NCBI GenBank assembly: GCA_045536525.1
Contig: JAZSNT010000004.1
Coordinates: forward strand, 6,910-70,909
Direction: 5' to 3'
DNA: 64,000 nucleotides
Source: Acutalibacteraceae bacterium
Lineage (GTDB): Bacteria > Bacillota > Clostridia > Oscillospirales > Acutalibacteraceae
A model generated the notes under the pieces. It searched no databases. It was not told where the DNA came from and was given only the letters and a program-made list of their open reading frames with translations. Shown here one piece after another: positions 55,206-64,000 of the stretch; position 1 is the first letter of the stretch; each line of letters starts with the position of its first letter. Made by a program: the position numbers and the translations under genes.

Positions 55206-55360
55206 GTTGCAAAGTGCATTGCGTATCGGAATGTGCGAATGGGCGGGTCCTGTGCGACGGAATGCTACGAACCATGTCAGGCGGGGAACCGAGCAGCATT
55301 AAGTAGATTATTCTGTGCGCCGCAGTAAATCGGCTCATTCGTGCATTCGGGTACGCAACT
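55206..55360 (+). ncRNA. ffs: Signal recognition particle RNA (4.5S/scRNA)
   Basis: Domain IV signature GTCAGG (55276-55281)...GGAA...AGCAGC (55292-55297). The 5' arm GCGTATCGGAATGTGCGAATGGGC pairs with the 3' arm GGCTCATTCGTGCATTCGGGTACGC. The promoter is TTGTAA-17-TAAAAT (55173-55201), a T-run follows, and the position just upstream of dnaX is conserved. The ends are approximate. Confidence 0.8.
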
Positions 55361-55389
55361 TTTTTAATTTTTTTAAAAGGGGTGTAAAT

Positions 55390-57012
55390 ATGGCATATCA
55401 GGCTTTATACCGCAAATACCGTCCTAAAACTTTTTCGGACGTTTACGGTCAGGAGCATATAACCGAAACTTTAAAAAACGAAATACTTATAGGTACTACC
55501 GTACACGCTTACCTTTTCACAGGTACACGTGGTACAGGTAAAACCACCTGCGCTAAAATTTTGGCAAATGCGGTAAACTGTACCGATTTGCAAGACGGAA
55601 ACCCTTGTTTAGAATGTGAAAGTTGTAAATCTTCTATAAACGGCGAAAATACGGATATTGTTGAAATTGACGCCGCTTCAAACAACAGCGTTGAAGATAT
55701 ACGTCTTTTGCGTGAGCGCATAAATTTCGCACCTGCTTCTTCAAAATACCGTGTGTATATTATAGACGAGGTTCATATGTTATCCCTGAGTGCATTTAAT
55801 GCACTTCTTAAAACTTTGGAAGAACCGCCTGCACACGTTATCTTTATTTTGGCAACCACCGAAGTGCACAAACTCCCTGCAACGATTTTATCCCGTTGCC
55901 AACGTTTTGATTTTCGCCGTATAGACCCACAAAAAATTTGTGAAAGATTACAGTTTATAGCAAAGGAAGAAGATTTAACCCTTGACACCTCTGCCGCAAC
56001 GCTTATAGCCAGCGCCGCAGACGGAGGCATGCGCGACGCATTATCTATTCTTGACCTTTGTGCTTCAAGCAGTAAAAACATCGACGAAGCGGTTGTTGAA
56101 AGCGTTTGTGCTATGGCAGGTAACGACTATCTTTGCGAACTTGCTGATTTTATAAAACAAAAAAACACCGAAAATGCACTTTTAATGCTTGACCGTCTTC
56201 ACAATTCATCGGTAGATATGTTAAGACTTTTGTCCGAACTTATCTCCCACTACCGCGATTTGATGATTATAAAAACCTTAAAACAGGGCAACCGTCCTAT
56301 CGTTTGTTCTTCTTCACGCCTTAAAGCACTTGAAGAGCAAGCGAATGATTACGATATTAAAGATATTATGTTCACTTTAAGCGTTTTGCAAAATTCAACC
56401 GCTCTTATGCAAAGCGGCAACCGCAAATGCGAGCTTGAAATGGCGCTTATAAAACTATGCAATCCCGAAATTGCGGTAGATATAGAATCTTTGGAAAGAC
56501 GTATTTCAGCTTTGGAAAACGGTGCTGTCAAACCTGTTAAATCAGTTGTTTCGGCACCCGTCACACCTGAAATCACAAAACCCGAAGAAATATCAGAAGA
56601 TATTGCCGACGACGAAATTCCGTTGCCCGAACCACCGGCAGAAAGTGATGAGCCTGTAACCCCTGTACCACAGCCACAAAAAAACGTTGCCAACGGGGAT
56701 GTTACTCTTGTAGATAATTGGGATGAGATTTTAACAATTCTCAAAACCACCTGTCCTCTTATTGCAGGTGTTTTAGGTGATTCTAAGGCGTATATAAAAG
56801 GTGAATATCTTTTGATAGATGCCAAAAATTCACAGTTCCGCACCCTTATAAAATCAGCCAACGGAATGTACAAAGACCACATTCGCAAGGCGGCAGAACA
56901 GGTTTTAGGCACAACTTATAAATTAGGTCCTTACAGCGCCGAAAAACAATCCCGTGCGCAAGACCCACTATTATCCCTTGCCGACAAACTTAAAAATTTA
57001 GATATTAACTAA
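55390..57012 (+). CDS. dnaX: DNA polymerase III subunits gamma/tau
   Basis: MAYQALYRKYRPKTFSDVYGQEHI with Walker A GTRGTGKTT and the zinc module CLECESC. The tracked start at 55315 lies inside the SRP RNA and is rejected. Confidence 0.9.
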   Translation: MAYQALYRKYRPKTFSDVYGQEHITETLKNEILIGTTVHAYLFTGTRGTGKTTCAKILANAVNCTDLQDGNPCLECESCKSSINGENTDIVEIDAASNNSVEDIRLLRERINFAPASSKYRVYIIDEVHMLSLSAFNALLKTLEEPPAHVIFILATTEVHKLPATILSRCQRFDFRRIDPQKICERLQFIAKEEDLTLDTSAATLIASAADGGMRDALSILDLCASSSKNIDEAVVESVCAMAGNDYLCELADFIKQKNTENALLMLDRLHNSSVDMLRLLSELISHYRDLMIIKTLKQGNRPIVCSSSRLKALEEQANDYDIKDIMFTLSVLQNSTALMQSGNRKCELEMALIKLCNPEIAVDIESLERRISALENGAVKPVKSVVSAPVTPEITKPEEISEDIADDEIPLPEPPAESDEPVTPVPQPQKNVANGDVTLVDNWDEILTILKTTCPLIAGVLGDSKAYIKGEYLLIDAKNSQFRTLIKSANGMYKDHIRKAAEQVLGTTYKLGPYSAEKQSRAQDPLLSLADKLKNLDIN

Positions 57013-57028
57013 TCAAAGGAGAATAATT

Positions 57029-57367
57029 ATGAAAGTAAGACTTCCAAACAACGGCGGCGGTAATATGAACCAAATGCTCAAACAAGCACAAAAAATGCAA
57101 GAAGATATGCAAAATCTTCAAGAAGACCTTGAACAAAGGGAATATACCGCTACTTCAGGGGGCGGTATGGTGGAAGTTACCGTGGACGGCAAACACCTTA
57201 TTAAGAGTATAAAAATAAGCCCCGATGCTGTTGACCCCGATGACAGCGAAATGCTTGAAGACCTTGTTACTGTTGCTATAAACGAAGCAATTTCTAACGC
57301 TATTAAGGCAAGTGAAGAAGAAATGTCAGCTATCACAGGCGGACTCAATCTTCCCGGTATGTTTTAA
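57029..57367 (+). CDS. ybaB: YbaB/EbfC family nucleoid-associated protein
   Basis: 112 aa with NMNQMLKQAQKMQEDMQ and conserved dnaX-ybaB-recR synteny. Confidence 0.85.
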   Translation: MKVRLPNNGGGNMNQMLKQAQKMQEDMQNLQEDLEQREYTATSGGGMVEVTVDGKHLIKSIKISPDAVDPDDSEMLEDLVTVAINEAISNAIKASEEEMSAITGGLNLPGMF

Positions 57368-57369
57368 TT

Positions 57370-57972
57370 ATGGCTAATTATAATATAGTTCCTTTAAACG
57401 AACTCATAGCTCAATTTGAGCGGTTGCCCGGTATCGGCAAAAAAACTGCTCAACGTCTGGCTTACAATATTTTGGAACAACCGCCCGAAAGGGCAGAAAA
57501 ATTTGCCGAAGCTCTCCTGAATGCACGTAAGAAAATTCATTTTTGTAACGAATGTCAAGGTTTTACCGATATGGAAACCTGCGCTATTTGCGGCGACAAT
57601 ACCCGTGACCGCTCGGTAATTTGCGTAATAGCAGAGCCAAAAGACGTTATGGCGTTTGAACGCACACGTGAATTTTCAGGTCTTTACCATGTGCTCCATG
57701 GTGTGATTTCTCCTATGGACGGCATAGGTCCTGATAATTTAAAAATAAAAGAACTTATGGCTCGCCTTTCTAACAATGATATTAAAGAAATTATTATGGC
57801 GACAAACCCCACAGTAGAGGGTGAAGCAACCGCAAGTTATATTTCACGCCTTGTAAAACCAATGGGTGTTAAGGTTACCCGCTTGGCTTACGGTATACCC
57901 GTGGGCGGCGACCTCGAATATGCTGATGAGTTTACATTAGCCCGTGCATTAGAAGGCAGAAACGAAATCTAA
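57370..57972 (+). CDS. recR: Recombination protein RecR
   Basis: 200 aa with HhH LPGIGKKTAQRLA, a Cys4 zinc finger (CNECQGF...CAIC) and a Toprim domain. Confidence 0.9.
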   Translation: MANYNIVPLNELIAQFERLPGIGKKTAQRLAYNILEQPPERAEKFAEALLNARKKIHFCNECQGFTDMETCAICGDNTRDRSVICVIAEPKDVMAFERTREFSGLYHVLHGVISPMDGIGPDNLKIKELMARLSNNDIKEIIMATNPTVEGEATASYISRLVKPMGVKVTRLAYGIPVGGDLEYADEFTLARALEGRNEI

Positions 57973-58003
57973 GAAAAACACTTTTTAGAACAGGAATTTT
58001 GAT

Positions 58004-58222
58004 ATGACACAAGAAAAAATTGACCGCATAAATGCCCTTGCGCGCAAGCAAAAGGTAGAAGGTCTTACCGAAGAAGAAAAAAAGGAACAGTATACACTCC
58101 GGCGTGAGTATATTGATTCTTTTAAGCAAAGCCTCATCGGTCAACTTGAAAACACCTATGTCGTAGAGCCCGACGGCACAAAGCGAAAGGTAAAGGCAAA
58201 AGATGAAAATACTGATAACTGA
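58004..58222 (+). CDS. DUF896 (YnzC-like) family protein
   Basis: 72 aa with MTQEKIDRINALARKQKVEGLTEEEKKEQ..LRREYI, typical of UPF0291/DUF896. Confidence 0.7.
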   Translation: MTQEKIDRINALARKQKVEGLTEEEKKEQYTLRREYIDSFKQSLIGQLENTYVVEPDGTKRKVKAKDENTDN

Positions 58223-59153
58223 TAGTGCAACCGTAAAGTCAAATAATGATTTGTCCTTAAATATTTTAAAAAATTTTGGTGATGTTTTTGAATTCGAAGC
58301 CATAACCAAAGCCGAACTTTTAGAACAAATTATTGATACCGATATTTTATTATGCAATAAAACCCTTATCACTAAAGATATAATGGACAAAAGCCCGACA
58401 CTTAAATACATCGGGCTTTTTGCAACTGGTTATAACAACATCGATATAGATTATGCAAAAGAAAAAGGTATTGTGGTATGTAACGCGGGCAGTTATTCCA
58501 CCAACGCCGTAGCACAACAGGTTATAGGTTATATTTTAAATCATTACTGCCGCCTTTCAGAATATGACCGTTTTGTAAAAGACGGCGGATGGAAGCGTTC
58601 CCCTGTTTTTTCACCACTCGTGTTTTCTACCGACGAAGTTTACGGTAAAACCTTAGGTATTATAGGTTATGGGAATATTGCAAAAGCCGTGGAAAAAGCT
58701 GCAAATGCGCTCGGTATGAATGTTATAGTATACACCCGTACCATGCGTGAAAATGACCCTAAATTTGTTGATTTTGATACCCTTTTAAATGAGAGTGATA
58801 TCATTTCGGTTCATTGCCCCTTAAACGAGCAAAGCCGTGAAATGTTTAATAAAGATACATTTAAAAAATTTAAAGACGGTGCTTATTTTATCAATACCGC
58901 ACGCGGCGGTGTAGTAAATGAACAAGCCCTTTTTAACGCTCTAGAGAGCGATAAACTTTCCGGCGCAGCAATTGATGTATTGACCTTTGAGCCAATGAAA
59001 GAAGACTGCGTATTATTCGGCGCCAAAAACATCACCATAACTCCCCACACGGCGTGGGCGCCGCTCACAACACGCAAACGCCTTTTGGATATCGTTTGCG
59101 ATAATATAAAAGCCTTTTTAGACGGTAATTCACAAAACAACGTAGCAAAGTAG
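58203..59153 (+). CDS. D-2-hydroxyacid (glycerate-type) dehydrogenase
   Basis: 316 aa with the NAD motif LGIIGYGNIAKAV and the catalytic block NTARGGVV...ITPHTAW. Confidence 0.8.
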   Translation: MKILITDSATVKSNNDLSLNILKNFGDVFEFEAITKAELLEQIIDTDILLCNKTLITKDIMDKSPTLKYIGLFATGYNNIDIDYAKEKGIVVCNAGSYSTNAVAQQVIGYILNHYCRLSEYDRFVKDGGWKRSPVFSPLVFSTDEVYGKTLGIIGYGNIAKAVEKAANALGMNVIVYTRTMRENDPKFVDFDTLLNESDIISVHCPLNEQSREMFNKDTFKKFKDGAYFINTARGGVVNEQALFNALESDKLSGAAIDVLTFEPMKEDCVLFGAKNITITPHTAWAPLTTRKRLLDIVCDNIKAFLDGNSQNNVAK

Positions 59154-60686
59154 GTGACAAAATTGTTTTCAAGAACACAAAGTGTAGGTGTCTTCGGTTT
59201 TCAGACCTATATGATACAGATAGAAGCCGATATTTCCAACGGGCTTCCTGCTTTTGATATTGTAGGTCTTCCTGATGCGGCGGTCAAGGAATCACGCGAC
59301 CGTGTTCGTGCCGCTATTAAAAACTGTGGTTTTAAATTCCCCATTTCACGTATTACCGTAAACTTAGCACCTGCCGACCGCAAAAAAGAAGGTTCTTTTT
59401 ACGATTTGCCCGTTTTACTTGCTATTTTAAAAGCGTCAGACCAATTAAAAGCAGATTTATCAAACAGCGTCACTGTCGGTGAAGTAGCGCTCGACGGTAT
59501 TTTGCGTGGTGTCAACGGCATTTTGGCTATGACCATTACCGCCAAAGAAAACGGTATAGAAAATATTTTTGTGCCCAAAGATAACGCCATAGAAGCGGCT
59601 GTTGTCGAAGGTATAAATGTTTACCCTGTTGAAAATATAAAACAAATTATTGACCACCTGAGCGGTGAAAAACAAATAGAAAAACAACCCGTTACCCCCA
59701 CCGCCACGGTGGATACTATAAAGGTACCAGATTTTAGCGACGTTAAAGGTCAAATAGCGGCAAAAAAAGCGCTTGAAATTGCGGCTGCCGGAAACCATAA
59801 TATTGTTTTGGTGGGTCCACCCGGCTCGGGTAAAAGTATGTTGGCAAAAAGACTCCCGGGCATTTTACCCGATATGACCTTTGAAGAATCGATTGAAACT
59901 ACAAAAATTCATTCAATCGCAGGTATTCTTGATAATAAAAATCCGTTTGTTTCGGTGCGTCCTTTCCGCTCTCCCCACCACACAGTATCTGTAGCAGGTA
60001 TTTCGGGCGGCGCTGTTCCAAAACCGGGTGAAATATCTTTGGCGCACAACGGCGTACTGTTTTTGGACGAATTCCCCGAATTCCGCCGTGATGTTATGGA
60101 AGCGCTTCGCCAACCCATTGAAGATGGAAAGGTAACCATTTCACGTGTGGCAGGTACACTCACGTACCCAAGTAATATAATGCTTGTGGCAGCTATGAAC
60201 CCTTGCCCTTGCGGTTTTTACGGCCACCCGACGAAACACTGTACCTGTTCACCACAGGCGGTGCATAAATATCTCTCAAAAGTTTCAGGTCCTATGCTTG
60301 ACCGTATAGATTTGCACGTAGAAGTTCCGCCTGTTGATTACACAGCGCTCAGTTCTACCGCACACGAAGAATCTTCTGCCGATATAAAGAAGCGTGTAAA
60401 CAAAGCAAGGCAAATTCAACTTGAACGTTACAAAGGCACAGGTATTACCTGTAATGCGGCACTTACCCCTGCGCTTATGAAAAAGTTTTGCCGTATGAGT
60501 GACGACGCTTCAAAGTATCTGGAATTATCTTTCGAGCGGCTCGGTATGTCCGCACGTGCGTATGACCGCATTTTAAAGGTGGCGCGTACAATAGCCGACC
60601 TTGACAGCAGTAAAATCATCGAAAAATCACATATCTTCTCGGCAATTTCTTTCCGCAGCCTTGACAGAAAATATTGGAATACATAG
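59154..60686 (+). CDS. comM: YifB/ComM family Mg-chelatase-like AAA ATPase
   Basis: 510 aa with an N-terminal Lon-protease-like domain, Walker A GPPGSGKSM, Walker B GVLFLDEFPEF and a Cys cluster CPCGFYGHPTKHCTC. Confidence 0.9.
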   Translation: MTKLFSRTQSVGVFGFQTYMIQIEADISNGLPAFDIVGLPDAAVKESRDRVRAAIKNCGFKFPISRITVNLAPADRKKEGSFYDLPVLLAILKASDQLKADLSNSVTVGEVALDGILRGVNGILAMTITAKENGIENIFVPKDNAIEAAVVEGINVYPVENIKQIIDHLSGEKQIEKQPVTPTATVDTIKVPDFSDVKGQIAAKKALEIAAAGNHNIVLVGPPGSGKSMLAKRLPGILPDMTFEESIETTKIHSIAGILDNKNPFVSVRPFRSPHHTVSVAGISGGAVPKPGEISLAHNGVLFLDEFPEFRRDVMEALRQPIEDGKVTISRVAGTLTYPSNIMLVAAMNPCPCGFYGHPTKHCTCSPQAVHKYLSKVSGPMLDRIDLHVEVPPVDYTALSSTAHEESSADIKKRVNKARQIQLERYKGTGITCNAALTPALMKKFCRMSDDASKYLELSFERLGMSARAYDRILKVARTIADLDSSKIIEKSHIFSAISFRSLDRKYWNT

Positions 60687-60886
60687 AAAAACTCCCGTTG
60701 CTAATGCGCGGGGTTGCTAAGGACAGTTTATAAAAACAGTCAATAGATACCGTGCATTGCAGAAGGAAAAGAAATAACCAAGAGAGAGTAAAATCTTTCT
60801 TGGTTTTTTTTATTAATATTTGCACATTCGACAAATCTTTCTTTAATTTGTACAATGAAAGTACAAAATTTAAAGGAGGACTTTTT

Positions 60887-61252
60887 ATGTCAAATCAAAA
60901 CTCAATCCAATATCGTCAGGTTGGTGATTATTTAATCCCGAACCTCGTTTTACCACCCGAAGAAGCTAATATTAGCCTCGGCAAGTGGGGGATGTTACAC
61001 AAAGATTATCTTTTCAAATACAAGAAGGTACTGTTTGCAACTCTGCTTACAGAAGGTAAACTATATCAGTACTGTGCTGATATAGAAAAACAGGCTCAGC
61101 AGATGTTTGATACTCTGGTTGAACAAATGAAAGCAACTGAAGGTGTAACCGAGCAACTAAAAGAAGAAAATCAGATTGAATGGCTATGCCGTATGCAGAA
61201 TATTGAATCAAGAGTAAGAGAAACAATATGCAAGGAGTTTATATATATATGA
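60887..61252 (+). CDS. tnpV: TnpV-family transposon-associated protein
   Basis: The start was moved to MSNQNSIQYRQVGDYLIPNLVLPPEE..GKWGMLHKDYL behind the RBS AAAGGAGG. The pattern matches the TnpV family of Tn4451-like elements (from memory). Confidence 0.65.
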   Translation: MSNQNSIQYRQVGDYLIPNLVLPPEEANISLGKWGMLHKDYLFKYKKVLFATLLTEGKLYQYCADIEKQAQQMFDTLVEQMKATEGVTEQLKEENQIEWLCRMQNIESRVRETICKEFIYI

Positions 61253-61554
61253 CAGCAAAACAGAATATTGCGGCATCAAATAAATTCTTTGCTGAATTTT
61301 GAAAAAAATAACAAAAAAATTCGATATTATTACAAGAAAACAACATTCTGTTGATAGAGAAAAACTATACATAAATGGAAAAATTATAAAAACAAAATCA
61401 AATAGCATAAGTAGTTAGTTTTATACACAATGTTATTATATGTTCATAAATTCCCCGTTGTGGCAAACACTTGCTACAACGGGAGCAAATTTCTATAGAA
61501 AGACTATAGCTAAACTGACCTCGCATAGAGAACAGATTAAGACACTATGCGATA

Positions 61555-62064
61555 TTACATTTCTTTTTGAAATACAAACATACCTTCTCCTCCGTCACCG
61601 ACGAAATCTTCGGGAGCACCGGATGAAGGATTGTTTTCACATTGAAACTCAACAATATGAAACTTGCATTTATTCACATAAAAATGTATATTTCTTTTTT
61701 CAAAGTACGGTGTACAGGTTTCCCACACCTTTGTTTCGGGGTATAGCTTTTCAATAGTACTCCATATTGCAAAGCCTATACCTTTAGTCTGTGTACCGTA
61801 TTTTACATAAAGCAAATCAAGATGATTATGCTGTGTCTTTTCGTCTATTACAACTACTGCACCGCCAACTATTTCGCCGTCAACGACAGCCTTGTATGCT
61901 GCTGAACCGTCAGCATTGAGTGAACGGTCAATATCTTTTTCGGGAAGAATGATATCGTCAGTTTTCCCATACACATCCTCAAAGCCTTTCTGAAAAGCTT
62001 CCTGAATATCAGATTTGAAAGCAGGCAAATCCGCTTCAGTCATAGGTAAAAGTTCAAAATTCAT
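61555..62064 (-). CDS. GNAT-family N-acetyltransferase
   Basis: About 169 aa from MNFELLPMTEADL behind the RBS GAGGTG, with the acetyl-CoA-binding-like block VKYGTQTKGIGFAIW. Confidence 0.7.
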   Translation of the reverse strand: MNFELLPMTEADLPAFKSDIQEAFQKGFEDVYGKTDDIILPEKDIDRSLNADGSAAYKAVVDGEIVGGAVVVIDEKTQHNHLDLLYVKYGTQTKGIGFAIWSTIEKLYPETKVWETCTPYFEKRNIHFYVNKCKFHIVEFQCENNPSSGAPEDFVGDGGEGMFVFQKEM

Positions 62065-62086
62065 TGTACACCTCATTTGTAGTATG

Positions 62087-64000
62087 TTATTTGAAATAAA
62101 AATCTATAATTTCATCCATTTCCTTGCTGTTATTATATGTCCTTATAAAATCAAGAACCTCTTTGGTTGTTACAGTTTTCATATAAAAAGTTTCATAATA
62201 ACTTCTTAACATATCCTTGAATGCATCATCTCCTATCAGCAAGCGTACCTCCTGTAAAAAAGCATAGCTTCCGTTGTATTCTGCATCACCGTAGAATCTT
62301 TCTTCAGAAAAATCATAAGGCGGAATATTCAGATAAAAGCCCTTATAACCCTCACGGGCATATTCAATAAGCTCTGTTCTGATTTGCTCTTTCTGCTCAA
62401 GGTCGGGATAACTCTCCTCAAGTTCAGCTACAACTTTGTGTGCCTTACAGTCAGCGAGACCGAAAACATCTTTTTCCAGAAGTGTAGCAAAGCCCTCGTC
62501 AATCCAAGCCTCAAGGTATTCGTTATTACCAACAACGCCATAGAACCACTGATGTGCAATTTCATGTGAAATCTTCTCTTCATGAGATATTGCATCAAAG
62601 AAGGAATTATCAAAAAAGCCTGAAGCATTTGCCATTACCAAACCGGGATACTCCATACCACCGTAACCGTAGCCTAAAAGACAAGGTGCGATATCTAATT
62701 CCTTATAAGGGTAAGCACCGATTTCTTCTATGAAAATTCTTAAGCTGTCTTCAGCTACAGCGTTTGTTATTTTTCGGTATTCGTCGGTGAATTTTCCGTC
62801 GAGATAATAACTGTTAACTGTAATGCCGTTAACATCGAAGGTATCTTTTTTCATAAAGTTGCATACAACTACTGCAAAATCACGGGCTGATTCTAACTTA
62901 ACAGTTGAGGTGCCGTTTTCAGTTTGTTCGACACCTGCCATTGCTACTGTATAGCTTTCGGGAGCGTGTAATGTTACAGAGTAATCTGCCAGGTCGTAGC
63001 TTCTGTTTTCTCCATCATCAAAGTACGGATAGGTTTCCCATTTACCGTTTTCGTTATCGGCAAGATAGGGATAGCAGAATGAAAGGCAATAAATCTTCCC
63101 TTCTTCGGTTTTTCTGAAGCCGAAACGGTCACCTCTGTGCGGAAGATCGGTTTCCATAGAGACAGTTATTGTCTGTCTCTGTCCCACTTCTATTTTGTCA
63201 TCTTCACCTAAAGACACATAAATAACAGTTTTATCATCACCGAATTTATATTCAAGAGGAGTTGTACTATCCTTTAGTGTTATTGAATTGATTTGACTTT
63301 TCAGGTCTTTGTTGTCCGAAGAATAGTTTTCTTCCGCAAACTTAAGGGCAGAGGGAGTCATATCACGCAGACACAGCTCTGTGAGAGGTGCATCGGTTTT
63401 ATTTTCAATTTCTATATGCACTTTTTCGTTGAGGGTATTCTTTTTGGTGTCAAGAGTAAGCTCCATATCATATGAAATCGCATCTGCAAACTTTTTCTCG
63501 TTTTCAGCAGTAATGCTCTTGTATCCCTCAAGCAGCTTATCGTTTTCCATTATGAACGGAGCTGCTGTCGGCTGGTCAAAAGCCACATCGTATTTTGTCA
63601 TAAGATAGTCATTAAGCTGACTGCGGTTTTCAAACTCTGTTAACTGATAAGGCTCCTGAAATGCAAGCTTCTCTAAAAAATAAAGCTTATCGTTATAGTC
63701 AAAAAGAACACCCGTATGACCGATAAAAAGATAGCTGTCATTTTCGTCAACAGCTTCGTGAAATACAACGCTGATAAGACTTGCTTTTTCATTATCAAGG
63801 AATTTTATTCCTCTTTCATTCCAATCCTTCTGAAGAGCTTTGATATGGATTTCTGTATCTTTTGTAAGAATAGTGGGTACCGTTGAGTAAAGTACAGAGA
63901 AAGCCTTTTTATCATCGGACTTGATAAATGCTGATGAATCTTCGCTTAATGCATACAAATCAAGAACAATCATTTCATCTCTGATTTCACTATCCACAGA
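62087..64000 (-). CDS. M1-family (gluzincin) metallopeptidase, N-terminus outside the window
   Basis: HEIAHQWFYG...NEYLEAWIDEGFAT (HExxH-18-E). The frame is still open at the window edge, so the tracked GTG start is probably not the true start. Confidence 0.75.
   Translation of the reverse strand, partial: SVDSEIRDEMIVLDLYALSEDSSAFIKSDDKKAFSVLYSTVPTILTKDTEIHIKALQKDWNERGIKFLDNEKASLISVVFHEAVDENDSYLFIGHTGVLFDYNDKLYFLEKLAFQEPYQLTEFENRSQLNDYLMTKYDVAFDQPTAAPFIMENDKLLEGYKSITAENEKKFADAISYDMELTLDTKKNTLNEKVHIEIENKTDAPLTELCLRDMTPSALKFAEENYSSDNKDLKSQINSITLKDSTTPLEYKFGDDKTVIYVSLGEDDKIEVGQRQTITVSMETDLPHRGDRFGFRKTEEGKIYCLSFCYPYLADNENGKWETYPYFDDGENRSYDLADYSVTLHAPESYTVAMAGVEQTENGTSTVKLESARDFAVVVCNFMKKDTFDVNGITVNSYYLDGKFTDEYRKITNAVAEDSLRIFIEEIGAYPYKELDIAPCLLGYGYGGMEYPGLVMANASGFFDNSFFDAISHEEKISHEIAHQWFYGVVGNNEYLEAWIDEGFATLLEKDVFGLADCKAHKVVAELEESYPDLEQKEQIRTELIEYAREGYKGFYLNIPPYDFSEERFYGDAEYNGSYAFLQEVRLLIGDDAFKDMLRSYYETFYMKTVTTKEVLDFIRTYNNSKEMDEIIDFYFK

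Noticed and set aside
55315-55389. N-terminal 25-codon extension of the tracked dnaX ORF.
   Set aside because: It overlaps the 3' half of the SRP RNA and its terminator. The conserved DnaX N-terminus MAYQALYRKYRP starts at 55390 behind a good RBS.
60845-60872. TTTGTAC-N7-GTACAAA inverted repeat upstream of tnpV, which resembles the TTTGTACC/GGTACAAA arms of element 2, as a possible secondary att site.
   Set aside because: The arm spacing (7 nt versus 32 nt in the reconstructed attP) is incompatible and the ATTACCCCACG core is absent. It overlaps the tnpV -10 region and is more simply an operator or a coincidence in AT-rich DNA.
1-64000. Search by eye for CRISPR arrays, tRNA/rRNA genes, and restriction, toxin-ATPase or other classical defence gene sets.
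   Set aside because: No regularly spaced direct repeats, no tRNA-like cloverleaf sequences or rRNA were noticed. No nuclease, helicase or methylase gene clusters are present. Nothing can be reported.

Overview
Low-GC Firmicutes (Clostridia-like) chromosomal window, read by eye from the sequence and the ORF track.

(1) 1-6.1 kb, housekeeping: dapF (partial), murE, rsmE, a NOL1/NOP2/Sun rRNA methyltransferase and a B12-binding radical SAM protein.

(2) 6.2-17.8 kb, the most unusual part: one NodB/PdaB-type polysaccharide deacetylase gene on the minus strand is cut into three collinear, in-frame pieces. Two different ~5.4 kb mobilizable elements inserted in tandem do the cutting. Each carries a large serine recombinase next to one end, a MobV/Pre relaxase with an oriT-like inverted repeat, and its own terminal inverted repeats and target-site core. 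Element 1 also carries a small hydrophobic toxin-like peptide gene and a beta-lactamase-family gene with an in-frame TGA. Element 2 carries an XRE repressor plus membrane-protein pair and a ~1 kb ORF-free, hairpin-rich segment of unknown function.

(3) 18.1-46.6 kb: a 27-gene, single-strand Wzx/Wzy-type polysaccharide locus. It encodes:
- EpsN/L/M-like starter genes
- about 9 glycosyltransferases
- two tandem EpsG polymerase paralogs
- an FkbH-like protein
- an HpcH-type aldolase and a 2-hydroxyacid dehydrogenase
- ugd and fnlABC-like L-FucNAc genes
- no recognisable chain-length, kinase or LytR regulators

(4) 46.6-64 kb, housekeeping: M23 peptidase, apgM, U32 peptidase, galU, NUDIX, SRP RNA-dnaX-ybaB-recR and comM. 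A DnaA-box cluster sits in an AT-rich spacer. The window ends with an orphan tnpV, a GNAT gene and a partial M1 peptidase.

No CRISPR array, rRNA or tRNA was seen. All family assignments come from motif recognition and need HMM/BLAST confirmation.
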